This document shows positions 39,001-51,133 of a stretch of DNA of 64,000 nt, piece after piece (positions within the stretch are counted from its first letter, which is position 1; every line of letters starts with the position of its first letter). The notes beneath the pieces were generated by a model, which did not search any database, was not told the origin of the DNA, and saw only the letters and a list, made by a program, of their open reading frames with translations. A program made the position numbers and the translations under genes. The stretch comes from Gnetum montanum (lineage: Eukaryota > Plantae > Gnetophyta): contig MNCI01000668.1 of assembly GCA_015680685.1 (NCBI GenBank), positions 444,231 to 508,230 on the forward strand, read 5' to 3'.

Positions 39001-40349
39001 TAATGTTGTGCAGGGATGGACTTTCAAGAAAGTTATGATAGAGGAAACTCATTTTAACTGGCTTGTTTCCTTGGCTATGAGCCTCAAAGAGGAAATCCTC
39101 AAAATTTGAATGGATTCCTCAATGATAGTTCACATGCATCATGCATTTTTGGTAGTGAAGAGAGGTGGATCATGGATGTGCCAAGACCCATGGCAACTCT
39201 CCAAGCCTTGGATAAAGCATCTTTATCCAACCATAAGGGCTCAACAACTTCTAGAGGGTATGAAAGATTCACTATCCATGACCACCATGAACCTTGATGT
39301 CAGTTAGTGTGAATCTATTGATAGCACGAGGGAGGCACCTCTTACATTTCTAGTAAACATTAAGAGGACCCAAAAGTTACATGCTAAAGCTGTTAGAGTA
39401 GCCAATGCTAACCTAAAGAGCCTTGCAAAAGAAGTACCACCAATAGCAGAGCCACCCTCCAAGAAAAAAAATTATCTTTAAGATCCTAAGTACACTATGT
39501 TTTCTACTTTTTGTTGGCTATGTTTTGTTCTATGGATATTCATGTTAATTTATCTAATGGTTTATGGCTATAGATCAATGGAGGAACCTGGTGGCCCAAG
39601 ATACCACTATAGAAGAAGAACAAAGGCAAGTAGAGGAGCCACACAAGCATGGTGAGGAGGAATAGTAGAGGTGTAGGGCCATGACAGAGTAAGAATAAAG
39701 GCATGTAGAGGAGGCACTCTTGCAACAAGATATGGGTGATCTTGACACCTTTTTCATTAGGTCACTGCCTCAGGAGTCCCTAATCAAAATCCCCAACGAT
39801 GATGAAGATGAACATGAGAATGAAGTGGAAAGCATAGGTATACTTATGCTCTACTTTTTATTGCCTATAGTCTTATGATTAGTTTTAGAGTTCTTACTTA
39901 TCCAAAAATTGTTATGCTTATCATAGTTCTTCAGCTAGCAATAGAGGCCCCTATACCTAAGTTTTTCCTAAAACCATGGGTAAAGGTGCTAGACAAGATA
40001 GAATTCATGCATAGGGTGGAAAAGGAAATCATTGGTTTGTTGCAACAAGTTGCACCTGAAATTGGTAAGAACTACATTTTGCTATGCTTTAGTCATTTTT
40101 CTATGAGATGTATTTTATGATACAACTATATTATATATTGAGTTTATGATTATTATCTTTGTTATTTTTTAGTGCCATTAGTCACATGGGATCCTACCCA
40201 AGACATGAAGTTTGACTTCTTGCCTAAACTTCTTTCTAACACCACACATGTCCCCTTGAAGCTTTACAAATCTACCACTGATTTAGCAATTTTATGTGCT
40301 AAAGCTTCATGGGAGATTCAAAGGTTTAACGAATCCATATGGGAATAAG
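36040..40349 (+). pseudogene. Spliced multi-exon gene antisense to the Ogre/Tat element; accessory protein of unknown function
   Basis: GT-AG introns 38006-38095, 38389-38489, ~39490-39573, 39838-~39930, 40065-40172 and a long T-rich intron ~36088-37560; in-frame junction SKKKKSEKL/GTLTP; exon 38490-39480 reads through with point stops. Confidence 0.65.
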
Positions 40350-40869
40350 CTATGATTTTTTATATGGGAATAAGCTATGATTTTAGGTCATGGTGGGCCT
40401 TTGGAGTTTTATATTTTTTTTAATTTTTATGATTTTTTCCAACTTTATGATTTTTTATAAGGATTTTTTGTTTGTTTTCATCATGTATAAAAGTAATGAA
40501 AAAGAAAGGTTGTAATAAGTAAAATGCAAATGAAAATAGAAATCTAGGCTACGTACATGAAGAGTAAAATCAAATACACAAACAATCATAAAAAAGTAGC
40601 AAAGAAAGGCTAAGCTACATGGCTATTGACTACATGGTTATAGGAACATGGGTTGGAAGGATCAAGGGAATCTTCACTTGCATAGACTCTTCCTAATTTT
40701 TGAAAGATTAGGGAATGAGTAAGGTTTACTTTGCACAAGTTTGTATTTTCCATTGCATTTACTAATGATGTTAAATGGGACATCATCCCATGATGCATCT
40801 TGCTATCCATTGTTGTTATTATTTTCTTTCTAGGAGTTTCTTCTTGAAACTCCACTTTACACCCCTACT

Positions 40870-43800
40870 CTATGTTCACATTGTTGAGAGCTAGGGCCAC
40901 TATGTTATCACCATGAATGATGATCTCACATCCCTCATAAGGAAGGTGAATTTCTTGGTGGATGGGAGAAAACAGCTCATAAATTATCCAAACAAGGTCC
41001 TACTAGGATAAGGTAAAACCTAGTTATCTTCTCCATCACCAAGAAATTTATAGTTGTGGGGAATTACTCCCCTACCACAATATCTAAGGATATGGACCCT
41101 TTGACAGCAACCTTGATTTGTTGAAAGATTTGAGAGTAGCTATTGATGTTTGTTGTATTTTATCTATCAATCCTAATTATTCAACGATGGTGCATGGGAT
41201 GATGTTAGTAGTTTCACCATCATCTATATGCACTTGATGCACCTTGAACTATCCTATACATATTGTTATGAATAGAGGAGTCCTAGTAATTTTTTCACTT
41301 TGGAGATTAATCTTAATTTCACTATTAGGAAATGTTAGTGTTTACTTCCTCTCCCTAGGTGTGGGAGGGACCATCACTACATGGATGGATTCCTCATTAC
41401 TGGGCATATTCTCACTAATAAAGATAGAAGTCAACATTTTGACTAATGCCTCACAATGTGTGGTGAAAGTCATGATCAAGTCATACAAACTTAAAGTTGT
41501 GTTCTTCTCCTTAAGAGATTTTCTAACCTAATATATCACAATGAGGAAGGTTTTCTTGTTGGGCATGGGCTTGTCACCCCGATTGTGCTTCACTTCCTCC
41601 ATGCACCCCAAAATGTGTACTTTGATTTTAGGTTGTGTTGTTGGGACTTTCCCTAGTTCTTTTGCCCATGAGATTTGGGATCCCCTTATGGTTTGTTTTT
41701 TGGAGTGGGTTGGGTAGAGGAGGTCATGGTTATAGTTGATATGGGGTGAGCTTTGGTGGTTCCACTTCCTTCCGTGCTTCCATCTACTTGTTACCCCTTA
41801 TTGTTGCACTTTTTCTTTTGTTTTTTTGGAGTTTTTTTTATTGTTAGTTATTGATTGTGAGGAATATGCAATAGCATTGGCCACTACAAGAGGTTTTTGG
41901 ATGGTTTTATTAGTGGATGAGGCTATGGCTAGTTGGGCTATGATGGGTTGGGGGACCATGATGATAAATGGTTCCCTAGGAGGTACTTGTGATGGCACCC
42001 TTATGAAAAAAGGGGATCTTAACCTAGTGGGAGCTAAAGAAGCCCTTTCACCATAAGAGGGTATATGAATCATAAATGGTTCTCTTGAGGATCTCCGATT
42101 ATCATCTACATTGAATACCAATATGATATATGTAGCATTGTTAGTGTTAAATAGGTCTTCTTACACTTTCATCGATTGATTTTAAGGTCGAATAGAGTTG
42201 GATGCATCCAGAACTAGTTCTCCCCTATCTATCATCTTTTGCAGGTTATCCTTCAGTGCAAGGTAGAAGTTTGTGTCATGACTGGGAAATTGTTAATAAT
42301 GGAAAAAGTGGTCTATCTTGAAGTATTTAGGTAGCGGTAGGTCATCTTTTGTTGCTCTAGTAGGCTCCTTGGATATTTCATAGAGTCTATCATGTTTCTT
42401 TCAGGAAGCTTCAGACATCTATTTATATTAGATACATCGACTTTTCAATAGTTGGTCTAACAACTTTGATGGTTTTAATGGTAATGTAGTGTATTTAGAC
42501 TTGCCCTTCCTTTCAAATTTTGGTTTGGTCATTGTTGATGCAATGGCCCTAGAGGCTGAAGGTTGGTTATCATGGTTGTTATTGGTGAGGGCCTTGGGTA
42601 TATTGGTCCTTGGCCCCTATCTAGTGGTCTTGGACTATGCTACAATCATATTATTATGTTTTCCTTTCTCCCTATCTCTCCATGTATGTTGGTTTTTGTA
42701 TGCTATGTAGGCTAGATCATGACTGGCTTCCATAGCATCTTCTATATTCTTGATTTGGGAGAATGCTTGGCTAAGTGAATGCAGATCAAGGTAATAAAGT
42801 TTGAACTTGATAAAGCCATTAACCATCCCATTAAATATAGCCAAAATATGAGTTTTGGCTATGGGCTCTCATATTTTGTTCAAGAGTTCATTCTAACATT
42901 GGATGAACTTCTGTACAGGCTTAAGGAGTCCCTACTTAACCTTCATGAGTTGGTTAAGTATGGTGTCATGCTTCAAGTTATACTTGAAGTGATTAACAAG
43001 CTGATATATGAAGTCTTCAAGGAAGGTTATGGATCCTCTAGGTAATGTGTGGTATCAATAAAGCTCTTTCCTACTTAAGAACATAAGAAAAATCCTCATG
43101 ATGGTATGAGGCCATGAATGTAATAGCAAGCATTCACATCTGAAAGTTATAAGGTGAGAATTAGGGTTATCTTCTCCATTTTATTTGCTAAACTACTAGA
43201 TAGGAACACTAGGAGGAAGCATCAAAGGTGGGACCACAGGATTGAAAGGATCATCTTGGTAGAAGTTCATCATCCTTACACTTTAGGATGTAGAGGCTTT
43301 GAGCCTCTTTAACTCCTCTTTCAGGTCTTGGATCATCTAGAAGGCTTGGTCTAGGCCCTATGGTAGTCCTATTCGCCGTGAGGCTTGCACATATGGTTGT
43401 GACATCTATTGTAAGGTTTGTGGCCTTGCTATGGATTATATGATATAAGGAAGGGGTTGTGTTATGGTTGTGGCTAGGCCAAAAAAAGAAAAGGATGTCT
43501 ATGCTAGTACATGAGGCACAAATGGGATAAAGGGGGTATGTGACCCCTATTTTTCTTGGGGACTCATAGTGGGCCTCATGTGTGTAGCTAGCAGATTTGT
43601 GGTGGTAAAATCCATTGTTGATGGTTTTTCATATCAAGACTATGTTGTAAAAGACATTAATGTGTTATGATTTGTTGTTTGTGGAATTGCCTGAGTTTGA
43701 TGTGTAGCTATAATAGGTGTAGGATTCATCATAGTAGGGTAAGAAGGGGTGGAAGATGGAGGCACCATGCCCATGGAGAAAACAAAAGCATTGGAGGAAG

Positions 43801-43930
43801 GTGTTATGACCTTGGGGATGTTTGTTGAAACAATTCTTCCAGCATGTCTTCAAGATTAAATTTTTCCTTAAATTCACCTTCCTCTTCTTGTTGTTCCTTA
43901 GTACTATGCTTGTCATCTTTCTCTTCCATA
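40870..43930 (-). pseudogene. gag: Ogre/Tat gag and protease
   Basis: NGEDNPNSHLITF; SHDTNFYLALKDNLQKMIDRGELV; VHIDDGETTNIIP..PIHQEIHLPYEGCEIIIHGD. Confidence 0.75.
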
Positions 43931-45336
43931 GTAATCATTTAGGCTAAGATGCTAGCATAGATGTCAATAAGTGGAATTTTATCATATATGGAAGGGATGT
44001 ACTCTTTCCCAAACTTGTGCATGAGCTTGAATTTCCTCCTGGCCTCACCTTCAATTCATGGAATTATCATGCCTACTTGTATTTTAGCATAAGAAAAGTT
44101 ATAACAATATTCATTTATGGTTGCAAAGTTAGGACTCTCCACTCTAACTCTCAAAGATTTCCTACACTCAATGATAGCAAGGTCTTTGGGGTCATAGACC
44201 CTTACGGCCTATTTCTCTAACCTACTATCATTGTATTTGTAAGGAAACTTAGTTGATCATGGAAGAGACATGGTTATTTTAATGAAGACAGCTTAAGATA
44301 GGGTATAAAAAACAAAAATGAGAGTAGATTCCAATAATGGAAATCAAAAGTAATCAAAGGAAGAAAAAATGGTTGAAAATGGGATACTTATTAAAAATAG
44401 CAAGTAGGGGATAAGGGACGAGTATACTCCCTTACCGAAAATGGAAAGGTGCAAAGGTGATAGCAAACCTTACCCACATGAACCTTTTAACTATCGCAAT
44501 CCTTGATGCCAAATGCTAGCTTCCTACTTGTCACACCCTTGGATGTGGTAGAGAAGAAAGAGTGGATGAGATGGGGGGAATCTCACATCTTGCAAAGCCA
44601 ACGTTGGTAATAGGGGGTGAAAGCTATTAAAGGTATGGAGAAAAGGATGTAAATTTTGACCATTGAAATTACTATAGAGTTTAGATCTAGAAAATATAGG
44701 CAAAAATGATCAAAAACATATTACTTTAAGTAGTAAGTGCTAGGGAGGGAGGGTGGGGGGTGTAAGTGCATTTTACCTCTTTACTAGAAATGGCAAGCTA
44801 AGAATGTTGGGGTCAAGCTTCACCCATGTTGGTCTCTTAACTATCACACCCCCAAGTGTGGTAGGGGGGTGCGGGGGTGGGTGCAATAGGGGGTCAGATG
44901 GGGGGATCTCACACCTTCTAAAACCAATGTTGGTGAAAGAAGGGAATGTGGGAAAACCAAAATAAAAACCTACAACTTTCTAAAATTGGTTTTAGAAATT
45001 GCCCAAATTTAATCATAAAGGAAAGGGAAAAGTACTTTTGGTTAGTAATGATGGCAATGTTGGTTTTGCAATGAGAATTGTGGCTAGGCTAGAACATTGG
45101 TGTTTAGGTGTTCAATGCTAGTTTTGGCTACTAAAATTCATAGTAGGTGTTGGAAAAATCAACACCCAACCACCAACAACTTCAACACTAGAGTTTCTAC
45201 TATAGGGGATGAGGGGCAGCATTGGGTTTTCAAAGGGATTTTAAAGGTTTTTCCTGCAAAAATTAGAAATTTCTATGAGGTAGGCAAGGTTAACTATGAG
45301 GGAAATTAGATTTGGCCATAGAAATTAGGCAAAGGT

Positions 45337-45352
45337 CCTCCCTCTAGCGCCA
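45337..45352 (-). promoter_or_regulatory. Primer-binding site, tRNA-Asn
   Basis: cctccctctagcgcca matches the plant tRNA-Asn 3' end CCTCCTTCTAGCGCCA (recalled sequence) with one mismatch. Confidence 0.75.
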
Positions 45353-45358
45353 AGAAAC

Positions 45359-46466
45359 TATTACGTTGGAAAACCTTGATCATTATAAAAACCAAGGATT
45401 CTTAGTCATGGGTAGCCTCAACCCTGAATCCCTTAGGGCCTCTACAAGAAAAATGGAATTCATGGTGCCCTAGATGGTCTGGCAAATCACTGAGAGACCT
45501 GAGGCAGGTGCAAAATAGGGGTGAAAATAGTGTAAAAAGATGTGAATTAATAAAATAATGCACTAGAAATATAACAATTATATTTGAAATTGGACACAAA
45601 CTAAAATCATAAATTTCATTAAATGAAAAAAAATGGGTTCAAATATGTGTACAAAGTTGCTGCCCAAAAGGAGGGAAAAAGGGGGTTCACTTAGGTAGGG
45701 GTTCAGAGCCCATTGAAGCCATGATCAACTCCACAATCTGGTATCTCTACCACTCTTGATGCTATCGAACCTTCTTTGTCACCACCTTGGATCTACAAAG
45801 TTAGTTGCTACTAGCACTAGGGAAATGTAAAGGATTAGGGAGGCCAAAGTGCACCATGCTAGGATTTGGCGATCCCACAAGGGTAATGTTAACACCTAAA
45901 GCTCACAAATCCAAAAGGAGGGAGCAACAGGGGTAACAAATTCTAGAGGTTCCACATTGCTAGGCTCCAAGAAGCTACATTTTTGCTAAGGACATAAGAG
46001 CTCTTGGATGCCAAAATGCCAACGGTGTTAAATTGCAAAAGTGTGAAACCTTGACATGGTGCCAAGGTTTGGATTTTATAGGGTTATGACCATGATTAAA
46101 TCTACAAATTAGTTGCAAATGGCTAACATGATTAACTATAAATTGGCTGCCAATGGCTGACATAATTGGCTACCAAATTGTTGATTGATCGAATAAAAAT
46201 TAGTTGTCAAATTGTTAATTTTTATTGCTAAAAATTGGCTACCAAATTATCAAAATTAGCTGCAATGTTCAAGGGGGTAGGTGAGATCCACCCCCATGCA
46301 TCCTAGCTATCTAGCCCCTTTACATTGTTTTACCCCCTCTCCCCCCTCGCCCTAGGGGGGAGGAGTGTCAATGTTGAGGGGGGATGGGAGGTCAACATTG
46401 GGGGTGAAGGTAAATCCCTCTAGGCTAGGTCAAACTTCTTTCCATGTTGGGGTAGGTGAGTTCTAC
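45359..46466 (-). repeat. 5' LTR of Ogre/Tat element, PBS-proximal part
   Basis: Collinear with 19448-20565 up to ..ggtgagttctac. Confidence 0.88.
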
Positions 46467-48134
46467 ATATGAACAACAATGGAAACAACAAAAAAGATGA
46501 TATGAATATGAGGAGTGAGAAGGATAAAGACAAGAAGACGAAAGAACCACTGAGATAAAGAAGTAGCATTGAAACAATAACCACAACAATGTTTGTAATA
46601 AAAATAAGTCCACAAAAATTCGTAAAATTACGAAAGAGTAAACAAGAGATGTTACAAAGCATAGGAGCTGAAATGAGCACTTGAGTACCATAACCAAAAG
46701 GTTAAAGAAGTGTGACTTGAGGTTAAGTAGCAAATGTTGTAGAAGACAATAGTAATCCTTACAACATAGGATGTAGTTTCCTAAATATGAAGAGAAGATC
46801 TAAGGTTAGCCATTCCTAATCTACTTTAGTTTCCATTAGAGGAATAGAAGACCATTTGGATGGTCATAATGGTAAGTAAAGAAAAGAAAAGAGAAGGCTT
46901 ATGAAGAAGTGTGTCATAAAGCTTAGTAAACTAAGCCCAAATGGATTAGTAGGTATGAGAAGCAAGGAAAGTGAATCTAGTCCAACTACAAAAGCTCATA
47001 ATATATTAAGTTATGAACTTTAGTTATAAGCATATTATAACCTTATGATGAAGAAGTAAATAAGAACCAAGTAGATGCAATGTCAGCAATAGCAATATCA
47101 CTAAAACACAAAGAACTTCTTAGCAAGGTAGAACTTGAAGATACAGGAAGCTCAAAAATGATGTTACAAATTACCAAAATAAAGAAGAACAAGTAACAAA
47201 GTGATAGAATTAGTACAATGTTCATCATAAGAAGATTCATAAGTAGATAAGTTAGTAAGACATACGATTCTTAGAAGTACCAAGAATTATGAAGAGCAGT
47301 TATCATTACAAAGAATGCTATGATCTTATATTTCCATCATATTAATATTAGTATTAGCTATAAAAAATGGATTTCCCTATAAAATATCTTGAGGAACTAA
47401 CAAACTTGAACATGATGATTAGAATTTTCTAAGAGATATAAAAACAAACTCTAACACCCTAGATGTAAAAACCTAGATGCAAAAATCCCTAGGAAGAAAT
47501 AGAAGCATAGATGTAACAAGTTTTTTTGGTAGGATTCTAAAAAGAATGAAAACTATCTGGAACAACAAAATACATGGTTACATTGTAATTACTACTAATA
47601 CTATTTTGATCATTTTGTATTATCTCTTTATTTTCATACATATTAAATATCTTTAGAAGTTTTATGGAAGTGTTTGAAACAACAAACTCAATGAAATTTT
47701 TTTAGTTGTCTTATAAGATTTAAAATAGGTATATTGAGTTGCATTTAATGTGTTTCAACCTATATTATATTCTAGTTTTTGTGTACGAATAATTTAAATT
47801 AAAAAATAAATAAATGATTCAATTAATTGATGTGGCATAAATGATCAATTTACTTTTAGTTTCTTGATCCAATGACTACAAGTTTTGGCATCAATTTGTG
47901 ATAAAAATACACTTTATAATTAGTATCTTTCCAACAAAATTTTAAAAGCTTCAAACAAAATAATAATCAGTTTTAGCTTCCATTCAATTGCAATTACACC
48001 TTGCAACTCTAAGGAGCATGAAATCAATAATATGACAATAATCATAACCAAGCCTTCTATTTATGTAATAGCAATGGGCTTCCATGAAGAGGTACTTGAA
48101 AATATTTCTTTAAACACATATCATGATATGTGAG

Positions 48135-48998
48135 TGATGAAGTGTTATTAAGTCAATGCGTTGACTGGGCCGCATATATGGGGCCACATATATGCGGTCG
48201 CGTCGACGCGGGCTCGTCGACGTAGCCTCCCTACGTCGACATAGCCCCGTTTACGCAGCCGCCTATGTCAACCTATAAATAAGAGGGCCTTCCACCTCAT
48301 TTAGGAATCCTTCTAGTAGTGGTAGCAAAGCTCTTTCATTTTTTTCCCATAGGAGTTAGATTATTTTCTCAGTGTATGCCCACAATTTTACGGTACCTTT
48401 ATTCGAGTGTGATGTACTTGGACATGTACATGACCAGAAATAAAGATCGAGATTTCTTCATCATTGTAGCATTCACTTAGTTTTAATTGTTTAATTGTTA
48501 TTGTTATTTATTATTTTCTTAGTTAATATTTATTTATCATCATTTACTATTCCTATTGTTAAATGCGGAATGAGTACGACTTAATCACGAGCATTTAAGT
48601 GTGACTACTTGGTAACCTAGTAGCGTACCTAGGATCTGCGCTTGGTAATCCTAGTGGTAGTCGTGCAAGAAGTTGAAGATGTGTACGGATGATTAAGGAA
48701 TGGATGCTCATCGCACTTAGGCTAGCTTAGACTTCATTTCCTATTACTCATTAGTTTAATTAATATTATCTTCCATTGTGTTCAGGAGTAGCGTTAGCAT
48801 AGGAACACATCATACGCCTCACTCTGGACTAAACCATACGTGACAAAGCAAACACTAGTCCAGGTGGGAAAATAGCGAACTATGATCAACGTGTAACTAT
48901 ATAGATACCACAACTAGCCTGTCCATGGAGTTCGACCGGATCGTGCGTGAATGCTCGTATTCGTATGATTGAGTGTAGGGGTACCTAGCCGCTCATCA
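48135..48998 (+). repeat. 5' LTR of NA2
   Basis: TGATG..CATCA; TATA ctataaataagag at ~48273. Confidence 0.93.
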
Positions 48999-48999
48999 T

Positions 49000-49017
49000 T
49001 GGCACTATTTCTGGGGA
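49000..49017 (+). promoter_or_regulatory. Primer-binding site, tRNA-Asp (decayed)
   Basis: TGGCACTATTTCTGGGGA, 1 nt after the LTR. Confidence 0.75.
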
Positions 49018-49137
49018 TGGTGCTAGTTATTTAGATTAGTTGCATCATATAAGATCATTGTAACAAAGCCTTGACGATATATCTTTTAGAATAATAATAA
49101 TAATAATTGTAATTAAATCACACAAAAATTTACAACC

Positions 49138-50300
49138 ATGTCTCCTACAAGACTATAATAATGCCACATCTAGTGAGGCAATTCATTGGAGAACCAACGA
49201 ATATTATGACAATGAAGATTGGAGTACGCAACTTGAGGTGGGGGTTTCTTGTAAACATAAATGTAGACAACATCATCCCAATGCACAAAAGCATAACTTA
49301 CCTAGTGATGATGAACCCCTACTGGCCACTACAAGCTTAACAAAAATACAAGAGGCTATTCGAATAGCCCGCAGGCATCATAAGGAAAATTTTCTACCCG
49401 TGCTTGATTTAAACAACTTTTTCAAGTTTTCAGAAGGCTATGATTCAGATCCGAAACAACATTTACAAGCCTTCTATGATGCCTATACATGGAACAATAT
49501 TGATAATGGGTGGAAGAAACTTAAGCTCATTCCTTTGACACTCGTTGGCCAAGAAAAAGTATGGTATAGGTCGTTAAAACCAAAATCAATTCGACGCTGG
49601 CCAACAATGGTAGAACTTTTCAATGAAAGATATCAAACCTATGCGAGAGTGTCAGCCTTGAGGAAACAAATCCAAGAATGGAAACAAGTGCAACATGAAC
49701 CCTTGGACATGGCCTTAGGAAGATATTATGCACTGTTAAACAATTGCTCAGGCCATGGGTTCTCCAAGGAAAGGCTAATGTACCATATCATAGATGGGCT
49801 CCATAATGAAACAAGGGAGACCCTAGGGATGTACGCCCGAGGTCAACTATATGAGCTACGAACCCATTAACTCTAAGAGCTTATTAAGTAGATAGCAAAA
49901 GAAGAAGGAGAAATAACTAAATAGGAGAATGTTGAAGGTTCTCAACAGGACCAAAATATCAACTCAACAAGGGTCCATGATCATGAAGAGGAGAAATAAA
50001 CTCACTTTAAGGAGGTGGAATCATCTTTGCCAATCCTAGAATCACTAGATGAAATTGAGGCAAAGATCAATAAGATGACAGACTAGGTACATGAAAGATG
50101 TGGAGAACATGCCAACATTGTTAGAGGATGAACTATGCCAAATTGAGAAATAGGATAGGACATCACGCAATAATCGAAACAAAGGGTAGAAGAGAATAAT
50201 AATAAGAACTCAACTGCCAATCATACGTATCAATGTAACATCTGTTTGTACGATCACCCCAAAGGCCAATGTCCAATTTTGTCACATTTACATGAGCATT
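49138..50300 (+). pseudogene. gag: Gypsy gag of NA2
   Basis: DPKQHLQAFYDA..KLKLIPLTLVGQEKVWYRSLKPKSIRRWPTMVELFNERY; knuckle CNICLYDHPKGQC. Confidence 0.9.
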
Positions 50301-50383
50301 GGGGAAGAATGTTACATCCAGAGTTCATACAGAAATATTGTGTTCAACCATAGTGGCAAAAACCTCAATTATGGGGTAGGCCA

Positions 50384-51133
50384 TTGCCAACTAGACCATA
50401 CCCTTTGTATGTCCCAGCACCAAATGCTTATTATGTTCAACACCCTGTTTCTCCAACAAGATCAGCATCCTCTACCTCACCTCATCATTATCATTCTCCT
50501 GAGTACTATCTACCCATGTCCTCTTCAACAAGATCACCACCTCATGTGCCTTACACTTCTCCTCAACCTCAATATTCTCATACTTCACCCCCTTCTACAT
50601 CACCGCCAGCTATGCCAAAAGATTTTGCACCACAGCACCAACCCGCAAATGTTACTTGTGCTACTACTATCAATAGTAGTGGAGGTCCTTCACAACATCG
50701 AAGGTGCCCCTTCTTTAGATGTGATCATCGAAAGGGACACCACAGTTCAGAAACCATTGTAGACACCAACTCAGCACAAATCCAACACTATGGTGCATCT
50801 TCCTCTTCGAACCCAACACCTCATGTTACCTTATCAAGGTCACCACTCAATACTCCAACAAGCATGGGGCCCAATGAATATTGCCACATGGGGAGACATG
50901 TTGATCCTTGCATACCATCTTACAGTCACAAGTACCATAGTGAGTCGACTCCTTATAAATTAACCACATCTTATAACTTGCCCCACTATGTCAACTCTAA
51001 TCAAGTGTGTGAACCCCAATGGGGTAAGTATGACCGAGTCCCAATATTTCCAACATGCAAGGATCCCCACCTTCTATTTATTAATTCTAGTCATGCTCAA
51101 CCATTTAGTTATGGGGGGTATCCTCCATTCTAA
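50384..51133 (+). CDS. Pro/Ser/His/Tyr-rich low-complexity ORF, probable Gag C-terminal tail
   Basis: 249 open codons directly after the zinc knuckle; no D-T/S-G protease motif. Confidence 0.45.
   Translation: MPTRPYPLYVPAPNAYYVQHPVSPTRSASSTSPHHYHSPEYYLPMSSSTRSPPHVPYTSPQPQYSHTSPPSTSPPAMPKDFAPQHQPANVTCATTINSSGGPSQHRRCPFFRCDHRKGHHSSETIVDTNSAQIQHYGASSSSNPTPHVTLSRSPLNTPTSMGPNEYCHMGRHVDPCIPSYSHKYHSESTPYKLTTSYNLPHYVNSNQVCEPQWGKYDRVPIFPTCKDPHLLFINSSHAQPFSYGGYPPF

Noticed and set aside
37561-40349. Cellular host gene
   Set aside because: Lies inside a retrotransposon, carries stops like the surrounding TE and resembles no host family I recognise; kept as a TE accessory pseudogene
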